Source of the DNA: Eledone cirrhosa | Taxonomy: Eukaryota | DNA length: 64,000 bases | Reading direction: 5' to 3' | Assembly (NCBI GenBank): GCA_964016885.1 | Contig: OZ024740.1 | Span: 117,862,001-117,926,000 of the forward strand | Shown: piece by piece, positions 1 through 13,930 of the stretch | Numbering within the stretch: position 1 is the first letter of the stretch | How the letters are laid out: every line of letters begins with the position of its first letter | Made by a program: the position numbers and the translations under genes | The notes under the pieces: model-generated | Seen by the model: the letters and a program-made list of their open reading frames with translations, nothing else | Told to the model about the DNA's origin: nothing | The model's database searches: none

Positions 1-3000
1 CAGGCTCGGGTAATAAGAACTAATGGGTGGATAAGCGAGCTGGAACTGGAGGAACTGAGCAGAGAGAATGGCTTGGAGATGGCGGGTGTAGTATGCCAGA
101 CAAGCGAGCCAGTGGGAAATGAAGGTGAAGAGGTCCTGAGAACGGAGGAACCACCCGAAGCAGACAATGATCTGAATACTGAGATAAATAATACCTGGAA
201 CAGAGATACGGCCACTGAGAAGATGAATGCTGACGGGCTAGGACAAGATTCGGTTGACATCCTAAATTTAGTGGTAGATGAATTGAACAATGATAGTGGG
301 AGACCTATGAACCTAAGATTTGTAGACAGGAAAAAGTTAAAAGAAACAACAGCTAAGGTAAACAAAGTCATCCCATACCTTGAGGCGAGGAGCCTTCACC
401 AGTGCAACAATATCCTCAAAGCAACAGCAAATACGGTGAGGAAACTACTTGGTATAAAAGCGAGAGGAAACAACAGACAAGAAAGAGCAGAGCCGTGGTG
501 GAAGAAGCTACTGAGTGGGCAAATCGGGGAAATGAGGAATGACATAGGAAAGCTTGAGTCACTACTGAATGGGACACTAAAAAACATAGGCACTAAAAAT
601 AGACTGGAAATAAAATACATAACTAGGAGTAAAAAGCTAAATATTATCATAGAGGAATTGAAGCAACGCATTGTAGCAAAGAGTGCAAAAATCAGGCGAT
701 ACGAGAACAGAGTCAGTCAGTATAAACAGAACCGCATGTTCGACAACAACCAGAAGATGCTGTTTGGACAGCTTGAGGGGAAAGAAAGAGGCAACGACTT
801 GATCCCTGGGGCGGAACAAACTAAAACATTCTGGAGAGGAATATGGGAGCAGGATGTTAGACACAATGCCCAGGCAGGGTGGATTGATACAGTACAGAGG
901 GAGATCGGTGAGCAGGCACAACAACAAACTGATTTGAGTATCACAGTTGAAACTCTTAAGGGGCAAGCCAAAAAACTAACCAACTGGAAATCACCAGGCC
1001 CAGATGGTGTGCAGGGGTATTGGATTAAACATTTAACATCCCTCCACCCGAAGCTGACGGCCATGTTCAATGACTGCTTGGTGTCGGGTGAGGTGACAGA
1101 GTGGTTGACAAAAGGTACCACAGTTCTGATAATGAAAGACCGAATCAAGGGTAATGATGTTACCAACTATAGACCTATCACATGTCTGTCCGTAATGTGG
1201 AAACTGTTGACGAGCATTGTGTCTGAGGAAATCTACCACCACCTCCACACAAACAACTTGTTACCGGACGAACAGAAATGATGCCGAAAGAAGTCACGTG
1301 GTACAAAGGACCAGTTACTTATTGATAAGATGGTAATGGGGAATTGCAGGAGGAGACACACTGATCTTGCCATGGGATGGATAGACTACAGAAAGGCATT
1401 TGACATGGTGCCTCATTCCTGGATCACCAAAAACCTGGAGATCTTCAGGGTGGCAGATAACATCAGACAGTTGCTGGGCAGGAGTATGGGGTCCTGGGAG
1501 ACAAAGTTGACATCAACTGGAGTATCCTTGGGAAGCGTGAAGATCAAGAGAGGTATCTTCCAGGGAGATAGCCTGTCCCCTCTGTTGTTTGTCCTTGCCC
1601 TGATGCCCTTGACCATTATGCTGCGAAAAGTGAGAGCAGGATACAAGTTGGGAAGGGGAGAGCTTACCATCAATCACCTCCTCTTCATGGACGATCTTAA
1701 GCTCTTCGGGAAAAGTGAGGAGTTGGATGTGCTTGTTGACACTGTCAGTATTTTCAGCAGTGATATATGTATGCAGTTTGGTATTGGTAAATGTGGAGTC
1801 ATTGTAATGAAGAGGGCCAGGTTGAGCAGAAGTAACGGGATCCAGATACCAACAGGTGAGATGATAAAGGAAATTGACTCTGAGGAAGGATACAAGTATT
1901 TGGGCGTTCTGGAGGCTGATGGCATAAAGAACAAAAAAATGAAGGAATTGTTAAGAACTGAATACATTCGGAGAGTAAGGAGCGTATTGAAGTCACATCT
2001 GAACAGCAGAAATGCCATAAGCGCAGTAAATTCCCGAGCTGTGTCTATTATTAGGTACAGTGCGGGAATTCTGAGATGGAATGTTGCTGAACAAAAAGAA
2101 ATGGATAGGAAGACTAGGAAGCTATTGACTATCTACAACATGTTCCACAAGAGGAGTGATGTCGATAGACTCTACCTAAGGAGATCTGAGGGTGGAAGAG
2201 GTCTTATCAGCATAGAGGACTGTGTTCGGATGGAGAAAAACAACCTATACAAATACGTGACCTATAGTAAGGAGCCAATGCTCAGAACTGTACTGAAGGA
2301 GGGGACAGTAGGCCAGGGGATGTCCAAGGAGGAAATAACATCAAGGAGGAAGAACAGCCTTAAGGGAAAATCCCATCATAGTACCTTCTTTGAGAAAACT
2401 GAATTTAGAGATCCACAGACATGGAACTGGTTGAGAAGAGGAGACCTCAAAAAGGCTACAGAAGGAATGCTAATGGCTGCGCAGGAGCAGGCACTCAAAA
2501 CGAAGTGGTTGAAGCACCATATCTACAAGGAGGAGGCTAGCCCACTGTGCAGGATCTGTGGAGAGAGAGAGGAGACTGTGGCTCACATTGTGTCCGAGTG
2601 TAAACACCTAGCCCAGACCCACTATAAGGGCTGGAGACACGATGTGATGGGCAGGGTGATCCACTGGCACCTGTGCAAAGTAAACAATTTACCACATTCT
2701 GAGAAATGGTATGAGCATAGGCCAGAGGCGGTGATGGAGAACAATCAGGTGAAGGTGCTGTGGGATTTTAGGATACAGACGGACAAAAAACTGGAACACA
2801 ATAGACCTGACCTGGTGGTTGTGGACAAAGAAAAAAGATCGTGCCTGATTGTGGATGTGGCCTGCCCGTTCGACACGAGAGTGCAAGAGAAGGAGAGGGA
2901 GAAAATTAACCGATACCAGGACCTAAAGTGGGAGGTGAAAAGGATTTGGAACTGCCATGAAGTCAAAGTGATCCCGATTGTCATAGGCGCACTGGGGACT

Positions 3001-3206
3001 ATCTCCAAAAGTTTCCAGGGATGGTTAAAGAAAATCGGCCCCTTCACGCTTTTTGGAACGCTTCAAAAGGCATGCTTGCTTGGAACAGCAAGAACCCTCC
3101 GATACGTCCTGAATATCTGAGGCTGCAGGTAGTTGCTTGATATTCAATCCAACGGACTTTCCAGTTAACCAACATCAATGACTGAGATTCAAGGAATAAC
3201 AATAAC

Positions 3207-3237
<31 letters not shown>
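1..3237 (+). mobile_element. R4/Dong-like non-LTR retrotransposon copy 1 (5' end outside window; one premature stop), ending in (TAA)n tail
   Basis: ORFs 73-1281 and 1330-3120 are in the same frame and split by TGA at 1279-1281, where sister copies have GGA. RT motifs [36 protein letters not shown]; CCHC knuckle CRIC..HIVSEC; RLE motif [21 protein letters not shown]. Short 3'UTR then (AAT)n. Confidence 0.93.
73..3120 (+). pseudogene. RT / zinc-knuckle / restriction-like endonuclease polyprotein, interrupted by a nonsense codon
   Basis: Motifs as in copy 1 above; in-frame stop at 1279-1281. Confidence 0.9.
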
Positions 3238-5082
3238 GTGAGGTACCAGAGTGGTTGACAAAAGGTACCACAGTTCTGATAATGAAAGACCGAATCAAGG
3301 GTAATGATGTTACCAACTATAGACCTATCACATGTCTGTCCGTAATGTGGAAACTGTTGACAAGCATTATGTCTGAGGAAATCTACCATCACCTCCACAC
3401 AAACAACTTGTTACCGGACGAACAGAAAGGATGCCGAAAGAAGTCACGTGGTACAAAGGACCAGTTACTTATTGATAAGATGGTAATGAGGAATTGCAAG
3501 AGGAGACACACTGGTCTTGCCATGGGATGGATAGACTACAAAAAGGCATTTGACATGGTGCCTCATTCTTGGATCACCAAAAGCCTGGAGATCTTCAAGG
3601 TGGCAGATAACATCAGACAGTTGTTGGGCAAAAGTATGAGGTCCTGGGAAACCGAGTTGTCATCAACTGGAGAATCCTTGGGAAGCGTGAAGATCAAGAG
3701 AGGTATCTTCCAGGGAGATAACCTGTCCCCTCTGTTGTTTGTCCTTGCCCTGATGCCCCTGACCAGTGTACTGCGAAAAGTGAGAGCAGGATACGTGTTG
3801 GGAAAGGGAGAGCTTACCATCAATCACCTCCTCTTCATGGACGATCTTAAGCTCTTCGGGAAGAGTGAGAAGGAGTTGGATGTGCTTGTTGACACTGTCC
3901 ATATTTTCAGCAGTGATATATGTATGTAGTTTGGTATTAGTAAGTGTGGAGTCATTGTGATGAGGAGGGGTAGGTTGAGCAGAAGTAACGGGATCCAGAT
4001 ACCAACAGGTGAGACGATAAAGGAAATTGACTCTGAGGAAGGATACAAGTATTTGGGCGTTCTGGAGGCTGATGGCATAAAGAACAAACAAATGAAGGAA
4101 TTATTAAGAACTGAATACATTCTGAGAGTAAGGAGCGTATTGAAGTCACATCTGTACAGCAGAAATGCCATAAGCGCAGGAAATTCCCGAGCTGTGTCTA
4201 TTATTAGGTACAGTGCGGGAATTCTGAGATGGAATGTTGCTGAACAAAAATAAATGGATAGGAAGACTAGGAAGCTATTGACTATCTACAACATGTTCCA
4301 CAAGAGGAGTGATGTCGATAGACTCTACCTAAGGAAATCTGAGGGTGGAAGAGGTCTTATCAGCATAGAGGACTGTGTTCAGATGGAGAAAAACAACCTA
4401 CACAAATACGTGACTGATAGTAAGGAGCCAATGCTCAGAACCATACTGAAGGAGGGGACAATAGGCCAGGGGATGTCCAAGGAGGAAATAACATCAAGGA
4501 GAAAGAGCAGCCTTCAGGAAAAATCCCTTCATAGTACCTTCTTTGAGAAAACTGAATTTAAAGATCCACAGACATGGAACTAGTTGAGAAGAGGAGACCT
4601 TAAAAAGGCTACAGAAGGAATGTTAATGGCTACAGAAGGAATGTTAATGGCTGCGCAGGAGCAGGCCCTCAAAACGAAGTGGTTGAAACACCATATTTAC
4701 AAGGTAGTTGTGGACAAAGAAAAAATATCGTGCCTGATTGTGGATGTGGCCTGCCCATTCGACACGAGAGTGCAAGAGAAGGAGAGGGAGAAAATTAACC
4801 GATACCAGGACTTAAAGTGGGAGGTAAAAAGGATTTGGAACTGTCATGAAGTCAAAGTGATCCCGATTGTCATAGGCGCACTGGGGACTATCTCCAAAAG
4901 TTTCCTGGGATGGTTAAAGAAAATCGGCCCCTTCACGCTTTTTGGAACGCTTCAAAAGGCATGCTTGCTGGGAACAGCAAGAACCCTCCGATACGTCCTG
5001 AATATCTGAGGCTGCAGGTAGTAGCTTGATATTCATTCCAACGGACTTTCCAGTTAACTATCATCAATGACTGAGACTCAAG

Positions 5083-5118
<36 letters not shown>
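3238..5118 (+). mobile_element. R4/Dong-like copy 2, 5'-truncated and decayed, directly following the (TAA)n tail of copy 1
   Basis: Starts mid-RT (gtgaggtaccagagtgg) right after (AAT)n. Stops at ~3927, 4251 and 4581; 21-bp duplication at ~4608-4650; internal deletion at ~4703 removes the CCHC region. Same 3'UTR and (AAT)n tail as copy 1. Confidence 0.92.
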
Positions 5119-5544
5119 GGGAAGAAGACGCACATGGTGGATAGAAGGTCGTGAAATCGCTCCCGTAAGTTTTGAATTTTTAACATATTTAAATCAATTG
5201 TGAAATAACAATTCTTAGTACAAATGATACATAAAACATCCGGCTTGAGTCCCAAAAAATTTCGGATCCATAATATATTGTTATATCGCTCAAATATTCA
5301 ATTTTCTATTATACATTTTATACTCAAAAATAGAAAATGGTTATAAATGCAAGAAAACCCCCTCTGTCTACACTATATAGAACAGCCAAATAACAGCAAT
5401 TTCACCAACGTCAGAAAATAGATACACCACCTATCCCATCATCCCTCTGTGTACACTAAACACAACAGCCAGATAACGGCAATTTCACCACCACCACCAC
5501 CACCAATCTCAGCATAATAATAATTATTACTCTTATTATTGCCT

Positions 5545-6420
5545 CAAGTTTTAGTTTTAACAAAATGTTTAATTCCAATATTAAATAAATATGTCAACAC
5601 ATACGCGACTAACGATAATTTCATTAAAGATAATTTCACTAAAGATAATTTCACCGCCACTACCACGATGAAAACTCTGGTCAAGTCGACTCAAATTTCT
5701 ACTCCAACTTCAACACCATCACTACAGTAATACGACCACATCACCACCACCACTGCCTCATTATCGCTACCGCCGCTATTCTCTCCCACTACCTCCTGCT
5801 AGTTGGTGCTAGAACAGCACCGCCACCACCACCACCACCACCACCACTGCCTCATTATCACTACCGCAGCTATTCTCTCCCGCTGCCTCCTGCTACATTG
5901 TAGAATTCCCACTAAAAAAGGAAGGCATCAAAATATATAAATAGACTGAATTGATGACCCGGTCAGAATAAAAAAAATAAAAAATAAAAATCAAGTTTTA
6001 GTTTTAACAAAATATTTAATTCCAATATTAAATAAATATGTCAACACATATACGCGACTAACGATAATTTCCCTAAAGATAATTTCACCACAAACACCAC
6101 CACCACTACCACGATGAAAACTCTGGTCAAGTCGACTCAAATTTCTACTCCAACTTCAACAGCATCACTACAGTAATACGACCACATCACCACCACCACT
6201 GCCTCATTATCGCTACCGCCGCTATTCTCTCCCACTACCTCCTGCTAGTTGCTGCTAGCACAGCACCGCCACGACCACCACCACCACTGCCTCATTATCA
6301 CTACCGCCGCTATTCTCTCCCGCTAGCCCCTGCTACATTGCAGAACTCTCACTAAAAGAGGAAGGCATCAAAATATATAAATAGACTGACTTGATGACCC
6401 GGTCAAATAAAAAAAAAAAA
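5545..6420. repeat. Diverged two-copy tandem duplication, unit ~445 bp, with (CAC)n tracts and internal sub-repeats
   Basis: caagttttagttttaacaaaat...ttgatgacccggtca occurs at ~5545-5990 and ~5992-6420. Confidence 0.85.
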
Positions 6421-6619
6421 TCAAAATCAAAGCAGCACAGCAACAACGAAAAACGTAAAGAAAATAAGAATGAAGAGAAAAACAAACAGACGGACAGAGA
6501 AGGGAAGGGGAAAACTAAGTCAGATATTCAAACACTACATTACAATGAAACTTATGCTTATTCATTTTTGGGTATTTTTCTGCCTGTTTGTTTGTTTGTT
6601 TATTTGTGTTCGTCTGCAG

Positions 6620-9600
6620 CGTGATAATGCCACACAAAAGTCACGTGGAGTGACGAAACCACCGGAGATGATGAATTCACCGGTGGTTATGTAACCATAC
6701 ATTCGCCAATCCTCGATAAGAGTGTTTAAATGCCGAACCTAAACAGTTCGAATAATGGTGAAATGGAGACTAGAATGTCATGTGACAGACGCTCACCCAA
6801 CAGGTGCTCCCTGGCTCAGCAGCAGGGACCTGGCTGTCAACCAAATACTGCTGGTGTCGGAGGAAGAAGAAGAAGGAAAGGGACCAGAACCAACTGGACG
6901 AAAGAATTGAATAGAACTGTTATGCAATGTTACCTGAAGAGTAACCCCAAGGAGAAAGGCTATAGGAAACAGATGCATAACATCTGGAACGAGATTGGTC
7001 TATTTAAATTAGATGAACAAAAATTGGCCGGGCAGGCTCGGGTAATAAGAACTAATGGGTGGATAAGCGAGCTGGAACTGGAGGAACTGAGCAGAGAGAT
7101 TAGCTTGGAGATGGAGAGTGGAGTATGCCTGGCAAACGAGCCAGTGGGAAATGAAGGTGAAGAGGTCGAGAGAACGGAGGAACCACCCGAAGCAGACAAT
7201 GATCTGAATGCTGAGATAAATAGTACCTGGAACAGAGATACGGCCACTGAGGAGATGAGTGCTGACGGGCTAGGACAAGATTTGGTTGATATCCTAAACT
7301 TAGTGGTAGATGAATTGAACAATGATAGTGGGAGACCTATGAACCTAAGATTTGTAGACAGGAAAAAGTTAACAGAAACAACAGCTAAGGTAAACAAAGT
7401 CATCCCATACCTTGAGGCGAGGAGCCTTCACCAGTGCAACAATATCCTCAAAGCAACAGCAAATACAGTGTGGAAACTACTTGGTATAAAAGCGAGAGGA
7501 AACAACAGACAAGAAAGAGCAGAGCCTTGGTGGAAGAAACGACTGTGTGGTCAAATCAGGAAAATGAGAAATGACATTGGAAAGCTTGAGTCCCTACTGA
7601 ATGGGACACTAAAAAACATAGACACTAAAAATAGACAGGAAATAAAGTACAAAACTAGGAAGAAAAAGCTAAATATTATCATAGAGGAACTGCAGCAACG
7701 CATTGTAGCAAATAGTGAAAAAATCAGGCGATACGAGAACAGAGCCAGTCAGTATAGACAGAACCGCATGTTCGACAACAACCAGAAGATGCTGTTTGGA
7801 CAGCTTGAAGAGAAAGAAAGAGGCAACGAGTTGATCCCTGAGGCGGAACAAATTAAACATTCTGGAGAGGAATATGGAAGCAGGATGTTGAACCTAATGA
7901 CCAGGCAGTGTGGATTGAGACAGTACAGAAGGAGATCAGTGAACAGGCACACCAACAAACTGATTTGAGTATCACAGTTGAAACTCTTAAGGGGCAGGCC
8001 AAAATACTAACCAACTGGAAATCACCAGGCCCAGATGGTGTGCAGGGGTATTGGATTAAAAATATAACATCCCTCCACCCGAAACTGACAACCATGTTCA
8101 ATGACTGCTTGATGTCAGGTGAGGTACCAGAGTGGTTGACAAAAGGTACCACAGTTCTGATAATGAAAGACCGAATCAAGGGTAATGATGTTACCAACTA
8201 TAGACCTATCACATGTCTGTCCGTAATGTGGAAACTGTTGACAAGCATTATGTCTGAGGAAATCTACCATCACCTCCACACAAACAACTTGTTAGCGGAC
8301 GAACAGAAAGGATGCCGAAAGAAGTCACGTGGTACAAAGGACCAGTTACTTATTGATAAGATGGTAATGAGGAATTGCAAGAGGAGACACACTGGTCTTG
8401 CCATGGGATGGATAGACTACAAAAAGGCATTTGACATGGTGCCTCATTCTTGGATCACCAAAAGCCTGGAGATCTTCAAGGTGGCAGATAACATCAGACA
8501 GTTGTTGGGCAAAAGTATGAAGTCCTGGGAAACAGAGTTTAGATCAACTGGCGAATCCTTGGGAAGCGTGAAGATCAAGAGAGGTATCTTCCAGGGAGAT
8601 AGTCTGTCCCCTCTGTTGTTTGTCCTTACCCTGATGCCCCTGACCAGTGTACTGCGAAAAGTGTGTGTAGGATACAGGTTGGGAAAGGGAGGGCTTACCA
8701 TTAATCACCTCCTCTTCATGGACGATCTTAAGCTCTTCGGGAAGAGTGAGAAGGAGTTGGATGTGCTTGTTGACACTGTCCGTATTTTCAGCAATGATAT
8801 ATGTATGCAATTTGGTATTAGTAAGTGTGGAGTCATTGTGATGAGGAGGGGTAAGTTGAGCAGAAGTAACGGAATCCAGATAGCAACAGGTGAGATGATA
8901 AAGGAAATTGACTCTGAGGAAGGATACAAGTATTTGGGCGTTCTGGAGGCTGATGACATCAAGAACAAAAAAATGAAGGAATTGATAAGAACTGAATACC
9001 TTCGGAGAGTAAGGAGCGTATTAAAGTCACATCTGAACAGTAGGAATGCCATAAGTTCAGTAAATTCCCGAGCTGTGTCTATTATTAGGTACAGTGCGGG
9101 AATACTGAGATGGAATGTTGCTGAACAAAAAGAAATGGATAGGAAAACTAGGAAGCTATTGACTATTTACAACATGTTCCACAAGAGGAGTGATGTCGAT
9201 AGACTCTACTTAAGGAGATCTGAGGGTGGAAGAGATCTTATCAGCATAGAGGACTGTGTTCAGATGGAGAAAAACAACCTACTCAAATACGTGACTGATA
9301 GTAAGGAGCCAATGCTCAGAACTGTACTGAAGGAGGGGACAATAGACCAGGGGATGTCCAAGGAGGAAATAACATCAAGGAGAAAGAGCAGCCTTCAGGA
9401 AAAATCCCTTCATAGTACCTTCTTTGAGAAAACTGAATTCAGAGATCCACAGACATGGAACTGGTTGAAAAGAGGAGACCTTAAAAAGGCTACAGAAGGA
9501 ATGTTAATGGCTGCGCAGGAGCAGGCCCTCAAAACGAAGTGGTTGAAACACCATATTTACAAGGAGGAGGCTAGCCCACTGTGCAGGATCTGTGGAGAGA

Positions 9601-10262
9601 CAGAAGAGACTGTGGCTTACATTGTATCCGAGTGTAAACACCTAGCCCAGACTCACTATAAGGGCTGGAAATATGATGTGATGGCCAGGGTGATCCACTG
9701 GCACCTATGCAAAGTAAACAATTTACCACATTCTGAGAAGTGGTATGAGCATAAACCAGAGTTGGTGATAGAAAACGATCAGGTGAAGGTGCTGTGGGAT
9801 TTTAGGATACAGACGGACAAGAAACTGGAACATAATAGACCTGACCTGGTGGTTGTGGACAAAGAAAAAAGATCGTGCCTGATTGTGGATGTGGCCTGCC
9901 CATTCGACACGAGAGTGCAAGAGAAGGAGAGGGAGAAAATTAACCAATACCAGGACTTAAAGTGGGAGGTAAAAAGGATTTGGAACTGCCATGAAGTCAA
10001 AGTGATCCCGATTGTCATAGGCGCACTAAGGACTATCTCCAAAAGTTTCCAGGGATGGTTAAAGAAAATCGGCCTTTTCACGCTTTTTGGAACGCTTCAA
10101 AAGGCATGCTTGCTGGGAACAGCAAGAACACTCCGATACGTCCTGAATATCTGAGGCTGCAGGTAGTGGCTTGATATTCATTCCAACACACTTTCCAGTT
10201 AACTAACATCAATGACTGAGACTCAAGGAGTAATAACAATAATAATAATAATAAGAAGAAGA
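6620..10262 (+). mobile_element. R4/Dong-like copy 3, apparently near full length, one frameshift
   Basis: ORFs 6730-7968 and 7908-10154 join across a 1-nt deletion at ~7853 relative to copy 1. N-terminal RTNWTKELNRTVMQCY region, RT, CCHC, RLE, 3'UTR and (AAT)n tail. 5' boundary uncertain. Confidence 0.92.
6730..10154 (+). pseudogene. Single-ORF RT-RLE polyprotein (~1140 aa) with one frameshift
   Basis: Colinear with the copy 1 protein; frameshift near 7853. Confidence 0.88.
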
Positions 10263-10343
10263 ACACATTTATATTCTCACATAAATAATTCTGATATACA
10301 CTTTACATAAGTGCACATATGTAAATGCACATACATACATGAA

Positions 10344-10560
10344 GGCGTGTGGCTGAGTGGTTAGAGAATTGGATTCGCAATCGTAAGGTTGTGAGTTCGA
10401 TTCCTGGACCAGGCGATGCGTTATGTCCTTGAGTAAGACACTTTATTTCACGTTGCTCCTTCTACCTGGAGTTGCGACCGATAGATAGTATTAGCAATTG
10501 GAAAGACCAACGGAAACATTGTTCCCTCGGTCCGATTTGACGAAAGTTGATCGTCTTTTC
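10344..10560 (+). mobile_element. tRNA-derived SINE with CORE-like domain
   Basis: A box tggctgagtgg, B box gagttcgattcc, then tgtccttgagtaagacactt (CORE-like). Related copies at ~31188-31350 and ~32750-33050. Confidence 0.75.
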
Positions 10561-10611
10561 ATACATACATATATAAAGACAGATAGAGACACATACAGAC
10601 AGGTAGACATA

Positions 10612-10945
10612 TGAAAGAGTACTGGCAGAATGTTCCAGTCAAAACCCTTATAAAATGCAAACACAACAAACATAGTGATGTGGGACAGAGAAAAGAAGGC
10701 ATCCACAGTAGTGAAGTCAGCTGTACAACAGATATCAATATAATGCTAAAAATCAATGAAAAGGAGAACATTTATGTTTAACTAATGAGAAATCTGCAGA
10801 TACTTCACCCTGACTATACTTTTAGATTATCCCTGCGATGATTGGGGCTCTGGGATATGTTACGAACTACCTCAGTACAAATATTGAAAAGCTGAGCTTC
10901 GCAGAACCAGAAAGAGCAAGGCTAGTTAGGGAGTTTCAACTGTAA
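10612..10945 (+). pseudogene. Decayed RLE-domain fragment of a second non-LTR retrotransposon family
   Basis: Nucleotide similarity to 61277-61610 (tactggcagaatgttccagt..., atgagaaatctgca...caccctga, gattggggc.ctgggatatgtt). Confidence 0.75.
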
Positions 10946-11432
10946 AACTATGTAGGAGCATTTGCACGTGTACTCATATAACGCAAAATATGTAGATACA
11001 CACACAATGATATCCACACGTGACCACACACACAACACACAACACACATACAGATACATATTTATCTTGATGTCCACGTAATGAAAGTCTCTCTATTGTT
11101 GAAAGTTTAGAAATAATAAAAACTGAAGAATATACATACATTGTCACCACGATACAGATATACATGCCCACTCACATTGCAAACAATTCGAACATAATTA
11201 TGTATACGAAAGCGCGACAGATTAATGGAACATGTGCCATAAACAATATCGTACCTCTATACGTTTCTAGACTCACATATACAATGCATGTTACTTATAC
11301 TAAAATTCACATCATAGATATATTGGCCTGTTAAAAAATATCCTCAAGATCATAAAAAAGAAAACTCATCAAATTTTGCATGCACATGCACGCACACAGG
11401 CACACATATACAAATATGTTCGCACACACACT

Positions 11433-11488
<56 letters not shown>

Positions 11489-11649
11489 GAGATAGATAGA
11501 TATATATGCACATGCGCATACACGCACATCAATATATATGAAGTGAAGTGTCCAGAGTTCGAAGAGGGACACCGAAAATCAGGATAATACTCGATACATA
11601 ATGAGGTGCAAAAGTAGGTATATATATATATATATAGTAATAATAATTG

Positions 11650-11800
11650 TTTCTACGTTTGGCACAAGGCCAGCAAATACCCAGTGCATTACTGGTACTT
11701 TATTTTATCGACCCCGTAAGGATGAAAGGCAAAGTTAACCTCGACGGGATTTGAACTCAGATCGTAAAGGGACGTAACTATGCTGGAAAGCATGGCGTCC
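11650..11800 (-). mobile_element. tRNA-derived SINE with Meta-like central domain
   Basis: Reverse complement reads gagttcaaatcccg...tttgcctttcatccttacggggtcgataaaataaagtaccag. Related copies at ~13385-13505, 22028-22140(+), 28280-28390, 28435-28520, 29920-30000 and 54625-54790. Confidence 0.75.
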
Positions 11801-12921
11801 GACCTTTAGTAATAATAATAAGCATATAAATATAAGCATCAAGAACTCTCAGTGAGCCATGAGTGAAGATGAATTCAGATGTTTCGATAACAACCAGAAA
11901 TGGTAGCTGAATATTCTGGAAAATATATACTGTTTATCAAAGAATGTACTGACATGAGCCCCAACTAACGGACTCACTTATTCTCGTAGCTTACGATCTA
12001 GCTATATCAGTGGAGTTTATTGGGCTAATAAATAAAATAATTAAATGATCTCATCACATGCCTCGGAGTGACCAGTATCTTCTGAAGGAAATTTAATAAA
12101 TGGAAACTGCACTGATGCCCGTTGGATCAACGTATCAGACTAATTGTAAATTTACCATTACTGAGCCCTCTCTTGATACGTGTACACTTTATGTAGTTCT
12201 CAGAAAGATGCTACCTGACACTTCGCAGACCTGTGAACTCTTACCACTTTTTGAATGGGTGAGAAATGTCTTCTCTTGTGAAAATGGTTATAGCTTTCAT
12301 TGTGTAAAATCTTCTTTTGCATCCTTTCTCGCCGTTTTGGGGCATTGTTTACAATGTACTCCTCTTTTTGTGCTTTTAGAGGTTGGCGGATCTGTACTTC
12401 ATGAGAAATATCTGGCCCTTTGTGTTACGGGGACAATCCACGTGACGTTCTGGGTGATGCCTGTGATATAGGAGCCGCAAACTATTAAACGCGAAAAGAA
12501 TTCGTTGAACATTAGGCAATGCAGCGTCCACTCAAAGTAATAGCTGATAACAGAACGGTAAATGAATTGTTGCCAGGATATTTAAAAAAAAGAAGAGCAA
12601 CAAAATGAAACAGTTCCTCTGTCGAAGAGTATTACGTGCTTTCTCAGAAGAAATAAACGGTAATAAAACACATAATTAGTAAAATATGTTTATGACAAAC
12701 GCCAGTTACCCGAGTGGCTTTTCATGCTTTTCCATTAGTGTATAAATTTGATGTTACAGACCACTTTTACATCTCTACAGCTATGTCGTACGTCGATAAC
12801 CTAAAGCTAGAGACGATGTTCTTTAACATCACAGAATATCAGATAAGCTAGCATTTAGTTACCGGGCTCGTATATGTGTCTCCTCCTTTGCCGCTTAATG
12901 TATGTATGTATGTACATACAC

Positions 12922-12997
<76 letters not shown>

Positions 12998-13930
12998 GTG
13001 TGTGGTGTATACATAATCATACATGTATATATAAATGTTCCTCTGTATGAATATGCATGCACATATACAGATACATTTATATAAATTTGCAAATATAGAT
13101 ACTCACATACACATACACATGCATATTCATATACGCATATCTACATATGTACACCATATCGTAAAACCACAGTGTGATTATCGATTCGTTGCAACTACAA
13201 ATAGCCTTTCACGTGTATATTAAGAGAACTTGGTATATAAAAGTAAAGTCTAACGATGTAATAAGAGGGCATATAGATTGCTTCAGCACACCGACTAGTG
13301 TTGTTTCTTTCTGCTTTCTTTTCTTATAACACTTCAAACGTACTTGTATTTTTCAATATGCACAAGTATAATTCATTGTAACATTAGCACAAGGCCGGCA
13401 ATTAATGGAATGGGAAAGTCGATTATGTCGACACAAGTACTTATCAACTGGTACTTTATTCTATTGATCCTGCAAGGATTAAAGGTAAGGTTGATCTTGG
13501 TCGTATCTGGAAAGAAAAATATTTCGTCCGACGTCCTAAGGTTTTTCCAATGCATCAAATTTAAGCAAAGATCTAATTGCAAACAATTACATATTTCCGC
13601 TCGAATGCGCACTTATAAACAGACAAACAATGACCCACGACCGAACACATATACCGACATGATTGTAACGTCTGCGGGAATTGATATTGTTCTATACTGG
13701 AAAACTGTACAAGACTACGATACGAAAACGACCAAATGTTGAGTATTTACAATCTTTACTGGATTAAACTTAGAATCATATCACTTGATGATCAACAGAA
13801 TAATCACGTAAAAACCAACCAACGAATCGCACCACTGAAATCAGCATAAACCAATCTTGCACTGGTTACTTCCTTGCCTACTGAGACGTTCCCCGAATTT
13901 AATATGGTATAATAATAATAATTATATATA

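Noticed and set aside
5545-6420. ~445-bp tandem duplication as a retrozyme
   Set aside because: No hammerhead core found on either strand and no (TA)n flanks.
396-10081. Antisense ORFs overlapping the retrotransposon ORFs
   Set aside because: Shadow frames of the RT coding strand with no motifs.
10344-10420. tRNA gene
   Set aside because: A/B boxes are followed by a SINE body and there is no proper cloverleaf; annotated as a SINE head.
11960-12890. Unique-looking region: 123-aa plus ORF, or a possible minus-strand terminal exon (acceptor near 12483, FAAPISQASPRTSRGLSP*)
   Set aside because: No recognisable homology or linked exons; needs RNA-seq or BLAST.
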